DNA of 63,927 bases, filler included, from Octopus bimaculoides (lineage: Eukaryota), in the NCBI RefSeq assembly GCF_001194135.2. It is 5 parts of 5 records of this genome, joined end to end, with 100 filler letters (N's around TTAATTAATTAA, not from the genome) between each part and the next. Parts side by side here need not be neighbours in the genome. Positions count along the whole stretch, not along the records: positions 25,546 to 51,651 come from NC_068991.1; 4 more parts are not named here. One strand, 5' to 3'. Positions 25,925 to 38,140 of this stretch are shown here, piece by piece (position 1 is the stretch's first letter; each line of letters starts with the position of its first letter). The translations under genes were made by a program, and so were the position numbers. The notes under the pieces are model-generated. The model was not told the origin of the DNA. It did not search any database and saw only the letters and a list, made by a program, of their open reading frames with translations.

Positions 25925-28250
25925 TTGTTGCTACCTGTTGTCGACATTCTGGTGGAGGGGAAGATGTCGCGAGCCCTTATGGACACGAGCTGTACGACGA
26001 CCCTGATGACTCCAGGAGTGGTAGAGACGTGGAGTGGAGAAAGCAGTGTGAGGGCAGTCGACGGAAGAGAGGTACATTGTGAAGGCATTACAGATGCGCA
26101 GATAGTGGTGCAGGGAACAAAGCTGACGCTGCAAGCAATTGTACTTGGCCACTTGGTGGACGAAATTGACGTGGTGATGGGGATGGATGCAATCACCCGT
26201 TTAGGAGGTGTCACTGTCAACGAGGCTAGTGTAACATTCGAGGTTGCGGGGAAACCGTGTATGGCGAGACCGTGCATTGGTGAGAACCGCGAAGAAAACT
26301 ATGCTGCGCACACCAATGAAGACCAGGACTTTCGTGCTGTCTTCGATGGCTAGAGGTGAACAGTGGAGTGGCACTGGAAGGGAGAGCCCCCGACGTTAAA
26401 AAATAAAGTGGGCTGCTATCAGTATACTTTAAAAGGAGATGCCAGAGCGAGTNNNNNNNNNNNNNNNNNNNNNNNNNNNNNNNNNNNNNNNNNNNNNNNN
26501 NNNNNNNNNNNNNNNNNGGAGCGGTGGATTAAAGAGGTCATATTGATCCCTTGGGAAGAAGAAGTAGAGAGTGGAGTCCTGCCGCTGATGGCGGTGGCAC
26601 AGCCCACAAAGCATAAGGTCAGACCAGTGCTTGACTTCCGAGAGCTGAATGACCACATATCATGTCATACGGGCGGCGAGGCCACAGATGTCTGCGGGGA
26701 CACCTTGCGAGAGTTGAGGCAGATGACAGGGGCCTCTACGATCGTGGAAGCATCAGCTTGTCAGGTATAAGGGCCAGACATACTGTCTGACCAAACTGGG
26801 TTTTGGGCTAAATTTGGCGTCAAAGATTATGGCAACAATTCTCAAGGCCATCCTGGGAAAGGTGGACAGAGTAAAAAGGGCCACCAATTCGTACATCGAT
26901 GACATCCTTGTGGATGAAACCATAATGCCAGCAACGGAGGTCATAGGCCACTTGAAGAGTTTTGAAATGATCGCCAAGCCACCAGAGGCCATGGAGGGAG
27001 GCGCTGCACTGGGCCTCAAGCTATGGAGATATAAGGCGGCGCGTTGGTGTTTCGGCGAGGGAACGAGATCCCNNNNNNNNNNGGAGATATAAGGCGGCGC
27101 GTTGGTGTTTCGGCGAGGGAACGAGATCCCTGAACTGGGCACCAGCATGAGTAGACGGGAACTGTTCTCGGTGTGTGGGAAGCTGGTAGGACACTACCCG
27201 ATTGCAGGATGACTCCGGACAGCATGTAGTTTCATCAAGAGACGAGCCGAAGGAGAGAAGTGGAACGATAGAGTGGGGGAGAAGACGACCGACATGATGC
27301 AGAAAGTCTTGGCCAGAGTGAGAGCAGAGGATCCAGTGAGGGGCAGTTGGTATGTTCCCAAATCAAAGAGCGGGATCGTATGGTGTGATGCCAGTAGCAT
27401 CGCAATAGGGATTGTCTTTGAAATGGGAGGCGTCGTGGTGGAAGATGCAGCCTGGCTCAGGAAGATGGATGACTGCAACCATATCAATGTGGCGGAGTTG
27501 GATGCCGTGTTGAAAGGGGTGAACCTGGCCTTGAAGTGGGGGCTGCGCACCATAGAAATTAGGACCGATTCGGCCACTGTGCTTGTTTGGGTGACGGCAG
27601 TCATCACCAATGAGCGGAGGGTGCGAACCAAAGGGGCCGCGGAGATGTTGGTAAAGCNNNNNNNNNNNNNNNNNNNNNNNNNNNNNNNNNNNNNNNNNNN
27701 NNNNNNNNNNNNNNNNNNNNNNNNNNNNNNNNNNNNNNNNNNNNNNNNNNNNNNNNNNNNNNNNNNNNNNNNNNNNNNNNNNNNNNNNNNNNNNNNNNNN
27801 NNNNNNNNNNNNNNNNNNNNNNNNNNNNNNNNNNNNNNNNNNNNNNNNNNNNNNNNNNNNNNNNNNNNNNNNNNNNNNNNNNNNNNNNNNNNNNNNNNNN
27901 NNNNNNNNNNNNNNNNNNNNNNNNNNNNNNNNNNNNNNNNNNNNNNNNNNNNNNNNNNNNNNNNNNNNNNNNNNNNNNNNNNNNNNNNNNNNNNNNNNNN
28001 NNNNNNNNNNNNNNNNNNNNNNNNNNNNNNNNNNNNNNNNNNNNNNNNNNNNNNNNGGGAGAGGAAGAGCACGCCTTAGTGCAGGTCGGGGAAGAAGTTT
28101 GGGTAAAAACCCCAAATGCATGGTGTACATCACAATGGGGAAAAGGAACAATAACCTCCATCAATTCGAAGATCAACGTCTCTGTCGATGGTATGTCACG
28201 CCATGTTTTGGATGTGCGGATGATTGTCAATGCCTCAGAGGATGGAACCA
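25925..28250 (+). pseudogene. pol: pol (PR-RT-RH-IN tail) with stops, frameshifts and gaps
   Basis: ORF-track segments 25925, 26363, 26814, 27273 and 28079 carry the domains in order. Confidence 0.85.
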
Positions 28251-29959
28251 GCAGCAGTGGGCAAGAAGATGAAGACAACAACAGTAGGCAAGAAGATGAA
28301 GACAGCATCAGTAGGCAAGAGGATGAAGCCAGCGGCAGCGTGCTAGGAACTCAGGCCAGTCCCGGGTCGCATAGCAACCACAGCGGGAGCAGCACCCTCC
28401 TCCCTAGTTGGCTGATTATGAAACCGATTAAGGTGTGAGTTCGGGAGCGAGGAGTGAGTGGGAAAGCCGGCCGAGTGATCTGTAGATCAGTGGGTCATGT
28501 GGTGTTTGTGGTGTTATGGGCTGTGATGAGCTATGTGGTGTTGGTGGAGAGGATTGCAGATGAAGCAAACGGAAANNNNNNNNNNNNNNNNNNNNNNNNN
28601 NNNNNNNNNNNNNNNNNNNNNNNNNNNNNNNNNNNNNNNNNNNNNNNNNNNNNNNNNNNNNNNNNNNNNNNNNNNNNNNNNNNNNNNNNNNNNNNNNNNN
28701 NNNNNNNNNNNNNNNNNNNNNNNNNNNNNNNNNNNNNNNNNNNNNNNNNNNNNNNNNNNNNNNNNNNNNNNNNNNNNNNNNNNNNNNNNNNNNNNNNNNN
28801 NNNNNNNNNNNNNNNNNNNNNNNNNNNNNNNNNNNNNNNNNNNNNNNNNNNNNNNNNNNNNNNNNNNNNNNNNNNNNNNNNNNNNNNNNNNNNNNNNNNN
28901 NNNNNNNNNNNNNNNNNNNNNNNNNNNNNNNNNNNNNNNNNNNNNNNNNNNNNNNNNNNNNNNNNNNNNNNNNNNNNNNNNNNNNNNNNNNNNNNNNNNN
29001 NNNNNNNNNNNNNNNTGAAGCCAGCGGCAGCGTGCTAGGAACTCAGGCCAGTCCCGGGTCGCATAGCAACCACAGCGGGAGCAGCACCCTCCTCCCTAGT
29101 TGGCTGATTATGAAACCGATTAAGGTGTGAGTTCGGGAGCGAGGAGTGAGTGGGAAAGCCGGCCGAGTGATCTGTAGATCAGTGGGTCATGTGGTGTTTG
29201 TGGTGTTATGGGCTGTGATGAGCTATGTGGTGTTGGTGGAGAGGATTGCAGATGAAGCAAACGGAAATGAAGACTGAAGGGGCCGGTGGAAGGACCACAG
29301 GGGCATGCATGGACACGGAGCACGTGTGGGCAGTTCGAGCAGAGACGGCGCGTGTTAAAGGTCGTGTTTTGAACCAGTCAGTAATCGCTCATCCCGCCAC
29401 GGTCAACAGGTAAGGTCACTGTATCTCTTTCTCCCTGTTGCTTTGTTCTGTTGTCTTTTTCCTCCATCACACTACAGAATTCTCGAAAAAAATTTGAAAA
29501 CGCAATAAATTCCCAAATTTAAAAAAACGGCGGGAACTTAACTAATATATGGTACAGATTTTGGTTAAAGTTAAAGTGACATTGAAAGGAAAAGTATGTG
29601 TTACAGGGAAGTGCAGCATTGACAACAAAACATTTGTACAGTAAATGAAGGGCTAATTTAACTAAATGATACGTCATGCGTCTGTTTGGAAGATTCCAGG
29701 CCGTAACCTTGTCATGGAAAAGTGGGTGGGGTATGTAATTCTTGAACACACCAAAAAGCTTTCAGTGGATATACTCTCCTTTGCAGCTGTTGGTGCTGCC
29801 GCTTCCATGCTGAACAATCAGCAGACAAAGGAACTTCATCTATGTAATAAATTAAGCCTGTAGGGGCACTCAACAGAACCATATGAGAGAAATCTACATA
29901 AAAGAAATGACATGGTAAGTGGGTGGAGATTGGAAAGGGAGCACTTGAAAACAACACTG

Positions 29960-30305
29960 TCATGCGATACTTCGGTTTGGAATCAACATTTGTGGATTAA
30001 CCATGCACTTCATGTATGCAACCAATGTGAGGACAACTCAGCTCCCAGACAAATACAATTCTGCATGCAGTGTCACATTAAGGACATGGTCTCTAACAAA
30101 CGTGGTTGGGTCATGTGACATTGGGTTGCTGACATGGTTGGAAATCAATAGTTGTGGCTCAACTGTGCACTCCTTTGCATAAACAGTGTGTGACCATTGT
30201 GAGGACAAATCAGCTTCCAAACGAAAATAATTCTGGATGCAGCGTCCAGACATGCAAAGTCACATTAAGGACATGATGTCTAACAAATGTGGTTGGGTCT
30301 TAGAC
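29960..30305. repeat. Diverged tandem duplication, ~170-bp unit
   Basis: TGTGAGGACAA..CAGCT and GTCACATTAAGGACATG..TCTAACAAA.GTGGTTGGGTC each occur twice. Confidence 0.8.
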
Positions 30306-30582
30306 ACCATGAATTAGTAGGTTAACGTTTCAAGTCTACATCGGTTTATCCATTTAATACAACCTACTTATATAATTTCAGTAGCTGTTTTTTTCCAGTT
30401 TGAACAGAATCAATGGGTGGACCATGTGAGCAGTCGTATTTACCCCAGGGAAGGGGGGGGGGTTTCTACCCCCAAGGCCCCCATTACTCATTATGTGAAA
30501 AATTTTAAGAGTCTAAAACCATCTTTGGATCATAAGTAATGTATGTTCTCAGTTTGAAAAAGACAGTGCGTGAGAGAAAATC

Positions 30583-32970
30583 ATGATGTCATAGGAGAGA
30601 AATGTGTCCACATGGATGACAGTTCACTTGCATTTAATGAGGTTAGAAGGAGAGAGACTTGGAGACACCACTATGAAAGGTTGCTAAATGAAGAGAATGA
30701 AAGACTGCCGAATGTCGACCCTATCTGAATTGACAGTACCTTGGTAGATAAAGCAATTAAGGGTATGAACACAGGGAAAGGCCCTGGCCCATCAGGAATC
30801 ACCGCAGAGATGCTCAAAATATCTGGTGGTGTTGGCTATAGTCTAGTCACCCGTATAGTCAACCAGCTGATACATGAAGGAGTCATACCCAATGACTGGT
30901 GTAGCAGTACCATAGTCAACTGCGACAAAGGTAAAGGTGATGCATTAGATACAAATAATTACAGAGGTATCAAGTTATTGGATCAGGTAATGAAAGTCAC
31001 GGAGAGGGTCATAGCCCAACTAATTAGGGAGAGAGTCAGTCTAGATGAAATGCAGTGTGGGTTTGTGTCAGGGAAAAGCACCACTGATGCTATATTTCTG
31101 GTATGACAGCTGCAGGAGAAATACCTAGCCAAGGATAAACCTCTGTATCTGGCTTTTGTTGACATGGAGAAAGCCTTTGACAGGGTCCCCCGATCCCTTA
31201 TCTGGTGGTCAATGAGGAAACTAAGGATAGATAAATGGTTAGTGAGAGCTGTACAAGCTATGTACAGGGATGCTGTCAGAAAGATGAGGGTTAGCAACAA
31301 GTACAGTGAAGAATTCCAGGTAGAGGTAGGGGTCCACCAAGGATCAGTCCTCAGCCCCCTCTTATATATCTTAGTCCTCCAAGCAATAACAGGAATTCAA
31401 GACAGGATGCCCTTGGGAGGTTCTCTATGCTGATGACCATGCTCTAATAGCTGAGTCACTATCAGAACTAGAGGACAAGTTTCAGGTGTGGAAGCAAGGT
31501 CTAGAATCGAAGGGCTTTAGAGTCAACCTAGCAAAAACCAAAGTCTTAATAAGTAGGAAGGCAAACCACAAATTCCTTCAGGTAGATGGCCCTGCTCGAT
31601 CTGTAGAAAAGGCGTAGGTAGAAACTCCATAAGATGTACCCAGTGTAAGCTGTGGACACATAAGAGGTGCAGCAATATGAAAGGAAGGCTAACTGGGAAG
31701 ATAGTTTTTGTGTGTGGTAAATGCTCAGGAGCAATAAACACTGAAAATGTGCAGAGAACAGCTTCCGTCACATTCCAGGGGGAAAAACTGGAAGTAGTTG
31801 ATAGCTTCCATTACCTAGGTGACCAAGTCAGTAGCGGGGGTGGATGCTCTGAAAGTGTAGCTGCTAGAATAAGAATAGCCTGGGCAACGTTCAGAGAACT
31901 CCTACCTCTGCTGGTGACAAAGGGCCTCTCACTCAGAGTAAAAGGCAGACTGTATGACGCATGTGTGCGAACAGCCATGCTACATGGCAGTGAGACATGG
32001 GCCGTGACTACTGAAAACATGCGTTAGCTCACAAAGAATGAAGCCAGTATGATCTGCTGGATGTGTAATGTCAGTATGCATACACGACAGAGTGTAAGTG
32101 CTCTGAGAGAAAAATTGGACATAAGAAGCATCAGATGTGGTGTGCAAGAGAGACGACTGCGTTGGTATAGTCACATGTTGCAAATGGATGAGGACAGCTG
32201 TGTAAAAAAGTGTTGCACCCTAGCAGTTGAGGGAACCTGTGAAAGAGGTAGACCCAAGAAGACCTGGGATGAAGTGGTGAAGCACGATCTTTGAACATTG
32301 AGCTTCACCGAGGCAATGACAAGTGACCAAGACCTTTGGAGATATGCTGTGCTTGAGAAGACCCGGCAAGCCAAGTGAGACCATAACCGTGGCTTATGCC
32401 AGTGCTGCATAACCAGCCCATTTAAAAGTACTCTTCAATCATTGGGCAATAAACTACGCTTGTTGAGGCAAGTGAAATGGTTGTCATAGCCGATAACTGT
32501 ACCGCCTGATTGGCACCCATGCCAGTGGAACGTTAAAAGCACCATTCGAGCATGATCGTTGCCAGGGCCGCTGACTGACTCCCATGCCGGTGGCACGTAA
32601 AAAGCAACATTCAAGCATAATCGTTGCCAGCGTCGCCCGATTGGCTGCTGTGCCGGTGGCACATAAAAAAACACCATTCGAGCATGGTTGTTGCCAGTAC
32701 TGACGGACTGGCTCCTGTGCAGGTGGCACGTAAAAAGCACCATTTGAGCATGGTCGATGCCAGTACCTCCCGACTGGCCCTTGTGCTGGTGGCACGTAAA
32801 AGCACCCACTACACTCTCAGAGTGGTTGGCGTTAGGAAGGGCATCCAGCTGTAGAAACTTTGGAACATAGTATAACATCAATAAAAATGAAACCAATATT
32901 CACAGGAATGGCAATACACAAAATAATATGTCTAGCGTGAATATCCAAAACGGTATATATAAAACTGAGG

Positions 32971-33013
<43 letters not shown>

Positions 33014-33155
33014 CGTGTGCAATGCGCGCGCGCATGTGTGTGTGTGTGTGAAAACTGGAACCTTTGGAGCCTTTGGCAGCCTTCTGGCTTGCCAGCCCTC
33101 AATCAAACCGTCCAACCCATGCCAGCATGGAAAGTGGACGTTAAACGACGACGAT
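30583..33155 (+). mobile_element. RTE-clade LINE, 5'-truncated (RT, PHD-like finger, C-terminus, 3' UTR)
   Basis: KGPGPSGITAEMLK, DMEKAFDRVP, GVHQGSVLSP, YADD-equivalent, ERGRPKKTW; 3' end CATGCCAGCATGG..GACGTTAAA(CGA)n. Confidence 0.92.
32523..32805 (+). repeat. ~66-bp tandem array in the RTE 3' UTR
   Basis: Four to five units GGTGGCACGTAAAAAGCACCATTCGAGCATG..GTTGCCAG; also at 48820-49060. Confidence 0.85.
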
Positions 33156-33365
33156 AATATATAGAGAGGTAGAGAAATTAACTTAAGCATGTCATCAAGA
33201 GTAATGTCCCTTGAACCAACGAAGCAACCAAGTTATGCGATAGTTTGTATTGTTTATCCAGGAAAAGGGGCTTTTCTGCCCACAGAGGCCCCATTACTTG
33301 TTATGTGAAAAATTTTAAGAGTCTATAACCACAAGTTTGGAGAAAACTTCAGAATTTATGCGGGT

Positions 33366-33408
<43 letters not shown>

Positions 33409-33565
33409 CGCGCGCGCATTGCACACGCACATACACATACACACACACACACATCCTCAGTTTTATATATACCGTTTTGGATATTCACGCTAGACATATT
33501 ATTTTGTGTATTGCCATTCCTGTGAATATTGGTTTCATTTTTATTGATGTTATACTATGTTCCAA
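32859..33565. repeat. Near-perfect ~200-bp inverted duplication (32859-33055 / 33364-33565)
   Basis: Arms identical except for CA/TG tract lengths. Confidence 0.9.
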
Positions 33566-34679
33566 AACCGAAAGATCGCTTAACACAAAAATAAAAGGAA
33601 AAAAGAAAAGTAAAGAAACTGATGATTACTTTACTCTATGCGTCGATAGTTTTGCAGAGGAGGTGAAAATAGTTTCTATACAAATTTGATTTGACGATTA
33701 GTATCGTTGCTTATGGATCCCTTTTACTGAGGATAATTCTTTTCTCCAACACCGGTCAGATTATGCACGGGAAGAAATTGTTAAAGTCACCGGTATTTTG
33801 AAGACAAGCATTGCTTATATTTTTGCTTCTTTTTTAGATGTCACTTTAACTTTATCCAAAATCTTATTTTTTCATGGTCCATATTTCTGTATTAGCATTT
33901 TTATATTTCACTAAGCAGTCTTCACAAGAACAAGTTCAACTCTACGTTATGCTAAATATTGACTCTTAGAACTGCTTTTGACTTCAACATGGATACATTC
34001 GAACAGTCGAGAAATTCATGGATTAAAAAAGGTACCATATTCCCTTCGATTATCATTTTCATTATTTCATTTCATTACTTATTGTTAAGTATACAAGATG
34101 AATTAGTACTTGTATTATTAAAGGTGTTGAAAACTAATCGGCAAAGTTTCACATCATGACACCCTCATAAGTTAGATAAAAATATTTGTTGCAGTATGTG
34201 CAGTAAAATGCTTGTTTGAACGTTTCCTTATCTACAATGACCCATTGAGAAATTATTTTCTTCCTAATATGATTTACACAACACATGTTTAACATGTTCA
34301 ATATATAAACTGTAACGTACAGTTACTTCGGTGTTATCTTGTAGCTAAACAGTTTTCATCAGGTTACTATGGTGATCTTTCACTTTAAGGACTTGAAGTG
34401 CATGTTTGGAAATGAAAGAAAATGAAACCTGGAATATACAAAAATAGGCGTGGCAAAGGAAGCCAAAAGTAAATGCTTAAAATAGGTTTATTAAACGTCA
34501 ATTGAAATAGAGTTTTGGACGATATTTCTGAGAAATGGTGTCAAAACTAAAAGTATTTTGCAATTTCCGTGAAGCTTTTTTTTATTTCTTTATTCTTTTT
34601 CAGTTGAATCGCGTATGTTTATGTATTTTTTGTGTATGTATTTATGGGCATCCCTACAGCGAAAGAATGCCCTACTGAT

Positions 34680-35315
34680 GTGTACCCCGCCGACTTTGTT
34701 TCCTCATAACATCCGGAAAAATGGATATTTTTTAATGGTGTAGATTCTCATTATATTGGAATTTATTGTGAAAAATATTTCCATGGGTGAGGTGAGGAGT
34801 TTCGGAAAATTGACTTGAGATGGCTTTCTTTCCTCACAACTTTCAGAAAAATGTGTCATTTTTAATGAAATGTTCTAGAAATAATTTTTAGAGTGTAAAT
34901 TACGTTCATATTGGAATTTCATGCGAAAAGTAAAATAGTAAGCACACACACATGCATACTGACACAGATCACTATTTTTTCGAAATTTCAAGTTTCATTT
35001 TCTAGATGTATGCCATGTGTATCAGTATGTATGTATACGAGTCTGCCAAATTTATTTTTTCATATACAATTGTAATCTACACTCTCTGAAAGGTATTTAT
35101 AGAAAATTTCATAAAAAGTTATCCATCTTTCTGAAAGTTATGTGTAAAGAAAGCCGTCACGTATAAATTTCCCCAAACTCCTTATCTCACCCTTGGAAAC
35201 ATTTTTTTCACAATAAATTCCTGTATAATGAGAATCTACATCATCTGAAGTATATTTGTAGAAAATTTCATTTAAAAATATTCATTTTATGAGGAAACAA
35301 AGGCGGTGGGATACA
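34680..35315. mobile_element. Long-TIR foldback/MITE element
   Basis: CTTTGTTTCCTCATAA / TTATGAGGAAACAAAG, TGTAGATTCTCATTATA / TATAATGAGAATCTACA; arms ~240 bp. Confidence 0.75.
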
Positions 35316-35529
35316 AATCTGTATGAATGCCGAATATATTGATAACCCAGTGTACTATATATATTAATAATTATCTCCGTCATCGAAAACATAGGAATCT
35401 GCTGAAAAAAATTTGAAAAAAAAAAATAAATAAAAAGGTTAGGTTTTCCGTGCAGCTGTACTTGTAAACATTAACCATAATTAGATTTACTAATGAGAAA
35501 AAGAAAATTGAGACAAAGAAAACAGTTTC

Positions 35530-35760
35530 AGCGTGACACAGAGTGTGACAAGGCTGGCCCTTTGAAATACAGGTACAACAGAAACAGGAAGATAGAGTGA
35601 GAGAAAGTTCTGGTGAAAGAGTACAGCAGGGTTCGTCACAACCCCCTGCCGGAGCTTCGTGGAGTTTTAGGTGTTTTCGCTCAATAAACACTCACAATGT
35701 CCGGTCTGGGAATCGAAACCGCGAGTCCACTGCCCTAACCACTGAGCCATTGCGCCTCCA
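35530..35760 (-). mobile_element. tRNA-derived SINE (family C)
   Basis: Minus strand A box TGGCTCAGTGG, B box GGTTTCGATTCC. Confidence 0.75.
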
Positions 35761-36204
35761 CTACTATTGATATCTATACAAATAAATTTAGTGTATTATA
35801 TTGATAAGAAATACCTTATTTTCTACAAAGCAATACAGTAATCCTTCAACTATCGTGGGTATTACATTCCAAACCCCCCACAATAGGTGAAAATCCGTCA
35901 AGTAGAAACAGTACTGTACTGCATATTTTTTAAAATTATTTTTATAATTTGTATATATTTATTTTATTATAAATGCAAAACACCACCACAGAAGTAAGCT
36001 TGAATAATAAACCTTGATAGGTGAACTGTGATATGGTAAGTTAACTAAATAACACTGTTAAATGAAAACAGAAATCTATTGTAATGACGTTTAATAGTTT
36101 GCCTTAATCTGTTTTGCACTATGATTTTTTTTAGCACCAAAATTCTAATTTTGCTAAAAAATTATGTTTATTCTCTTATTCTTTTATTCTTTTATTCTTT
36201 TATT

Positions 36205-36602
36205 CTTTTACTTGCTTCAGTCATTTGACTGCGGCCATGCTGGAGCATCGGCTTTAGTTGAGCAAATCGATCCCAGGACTTATTCTTTGGAAGCCTAGTA
36301 CTTATTCTATTGGTCTCTTGTGCCAAACTGCTAGGTTATGGGGACATAAGCACACCACCATCGGTTGTCAAGTGATGGTGGGGGGACAAACACAGACACA
36401 CAAACATATACACACATACATATATATATACATATATACGATGAGCTTCTTTCAGTTTCCATCTACTAAATCCACTCACAAGGCTTTGGTCGGCCTGGGG
36501 CTATAGTAGAAGACACTTGCCCAAGGTGTCACACAGTGGGAATGAACCCGGAACCATGTGGCTGGTAAGCAAGCTACTTACCACACAGCTACTCCTGTGC
36601 CT
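36205..36602 (-). mobile_element. tRNA-derived SINE (family A), near full length
   Basis: Reverse-complement homologue of 43405-43685. Confidence 0.88.
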
Positions 36603-36616
36603 ATGGATAGAAAAAC

Positions 36617-36729
36617 GTTTACAGCACCCAGGTTTCCCAAGCGGTCACCCATCTAAGTACTAACTAGGCTCGACATTGCTTAACTTCAGTGATCAGACGA
36701 GAACCAGTGTTTTCAAAGTGATATGGCCG
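36617..36729 (-). pseudogene. 5S rRNA pseudogene
   Basis: CGGCCATATCACTTTGAAAACACTGGTTCTCGTCTGATCACTGAAGTTAAGCAA..TTAGTACTTAGATGGGTGACCGCTTGGGAA followed by TTTTT. Confidence 0.85.
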
Positions 36730-36879
36730 GCTTCCCAGACCCCGGTCGAACCATCCAACCCATGCTAGCATAGAAAACGGACGTTAAATGATGATGATGA
36801 TGATGAGTTTACTATTTAAACTACTACATTGATTTAAACTACTATGTTCATTAAACTACTACATTATAGCATTCTGTAT

Positions 36880-38140
36880 CATGCCTGTCACTGGTGATAC
36901 ACGTATTAAAAAGTATTAAAATGTCCATGCCATTTACATGTCACTGGCATGAGTACCTGTTATGTGTCTCCAGTACAGGTGCTTATTACATGTCACCAGC
37001 ACCATAACTAGTTAGCTTGATGTGTCTTCTCAAGCACAGCAAATTGCCAAATGTTTTGGTCACTTGGTCTCTGCGAGACTCAACAACTGAATTTCATATT
37101 TCGCCACCTCATCCCACAGGTTCTCTCCATCTGCCTCTTCCACAGGTTCCCCCCACAGTTAGAGATTGGCACTTCTTTATGCAGCTGTCCTTGTCCATAC
37201 ACATCACATAATCATACCAGTGCAGTCTTCTCTCTTGCATACTACATCTGATGCCTCTTATACCCAATTTTTCTGTTAAGACATTTACACTCTGTCATAC
37301 ATGCACATTGACATTGTACATCCTTTGATTCCAGATTTTGCTTCCACATCTGCAATTTCTTCTCTTGTTCTGGTAGTGATTCAGCTATGAGAACAAGGTC
37401 ATCAGCATAGAGGAGTTCCCAAGGGCAGTCTGTTTTAAATTCCTCTGTTATTGGCCTGGAGGATTATGATGAACGGTGTGTGTGTGTGTGTGGGGGGGAG
37501 GCTGAGAACCAACCCTTGGTGACTTCTTACTTTTACACTAAATTCATTGCTATACTCATTGCCAACCTTCACCTTACTGGCAGCATCCCTGTATATGGCT
37601 TGTACAGCTCTCACCACTCACTCATCTATCCCTACCTTCCGCATTGCTCACCAGATAAGAGATTAGGGGACCATGTCAAAGGCTTCTCCATGTCAACAAA
37701 AGCCAGGTACAGAGGTTTATTTTTGGTTAAATACTTCTCTTGCAGCTGCTGTACCAGGAATGTAGCATCAGTCATGCTTCTTCCTTTGGCACAAAACCAA
37801 ACTGCATTTCATCTAGACCAACTCTCATCCTAATTAGTTGAGCTGTGACCTCTGTAACTTTCTTTACCTGATCCAACAATTTAATAACTCTGTAATTATT
37901 TCTAAAGTGTCACCTTTACCTTTATAGCAGTTGACTACACCAATCATTGGGTATGACTTCCTCACGGATAACCTGATTAACTATACGGGTGACTGGACCA
38001 TATCCCACTCTGCTAATTATTTTAAGCATCTCAGCTGTGATTCCTGATGTGCTGGGGGCATTCTCTGTCTTCATGTCCTTTATAGCTGTATCTACCAAGC
38101 TACTGTCTCTCTGGATTGCTGATTTCTCTGTTAGATCTAC
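36880..38140 (-). mobile_element. RTE-clade LINE fragment, internally deleted
   Basis: APSTSGITAEMLK, DMEKAFD, VRAVQAIYRDA, YADD, C-terminal ERRLHWYD-like segment. Confidence 0.88.

Larger units (their letters stand above)
25546..29476 (+). mobile_element. LTR retrotransposon, gag-PR-RT-RNaseH-(IN) order, degraded, 5' end cut by the join
   Basis: Two CCHC knuckles, protease ALMDTSC, RT RPVLDFRELN/GFGLN/YIDD, RNase H WCDAS..HINVAEL, post-integrase VGEEVWVK..VSVDG, 27-bp acidic repeat near 28258-28330, candidate LTR 29173-29476 (TGTAG...CTACA). Confidence 0.88.

Noticed and set aside
27035-27130. 48-bp direct repeat in pol
   Set aside because: Exact duplication across a 10-N gap; assembly overlap
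28324-29267. Identical 252-bp blocks (28324-28575, 29016-29267) as an LTR pair
   Set aside because: They flank an N gap, include pre-LTR internal sequence and are identical; most likely uncollapsed contig overlap
32523-32805. CRISPR-like array
   Set aside because: Whole units are homologous with no unique spacers, no cas genes, and it sits in a LINE 3' UTR
34310-34370. CTGATGA...CGAAG on the minus strand as a hammerhead
   Set aside because: No GAAA and stems I-III cannot form together
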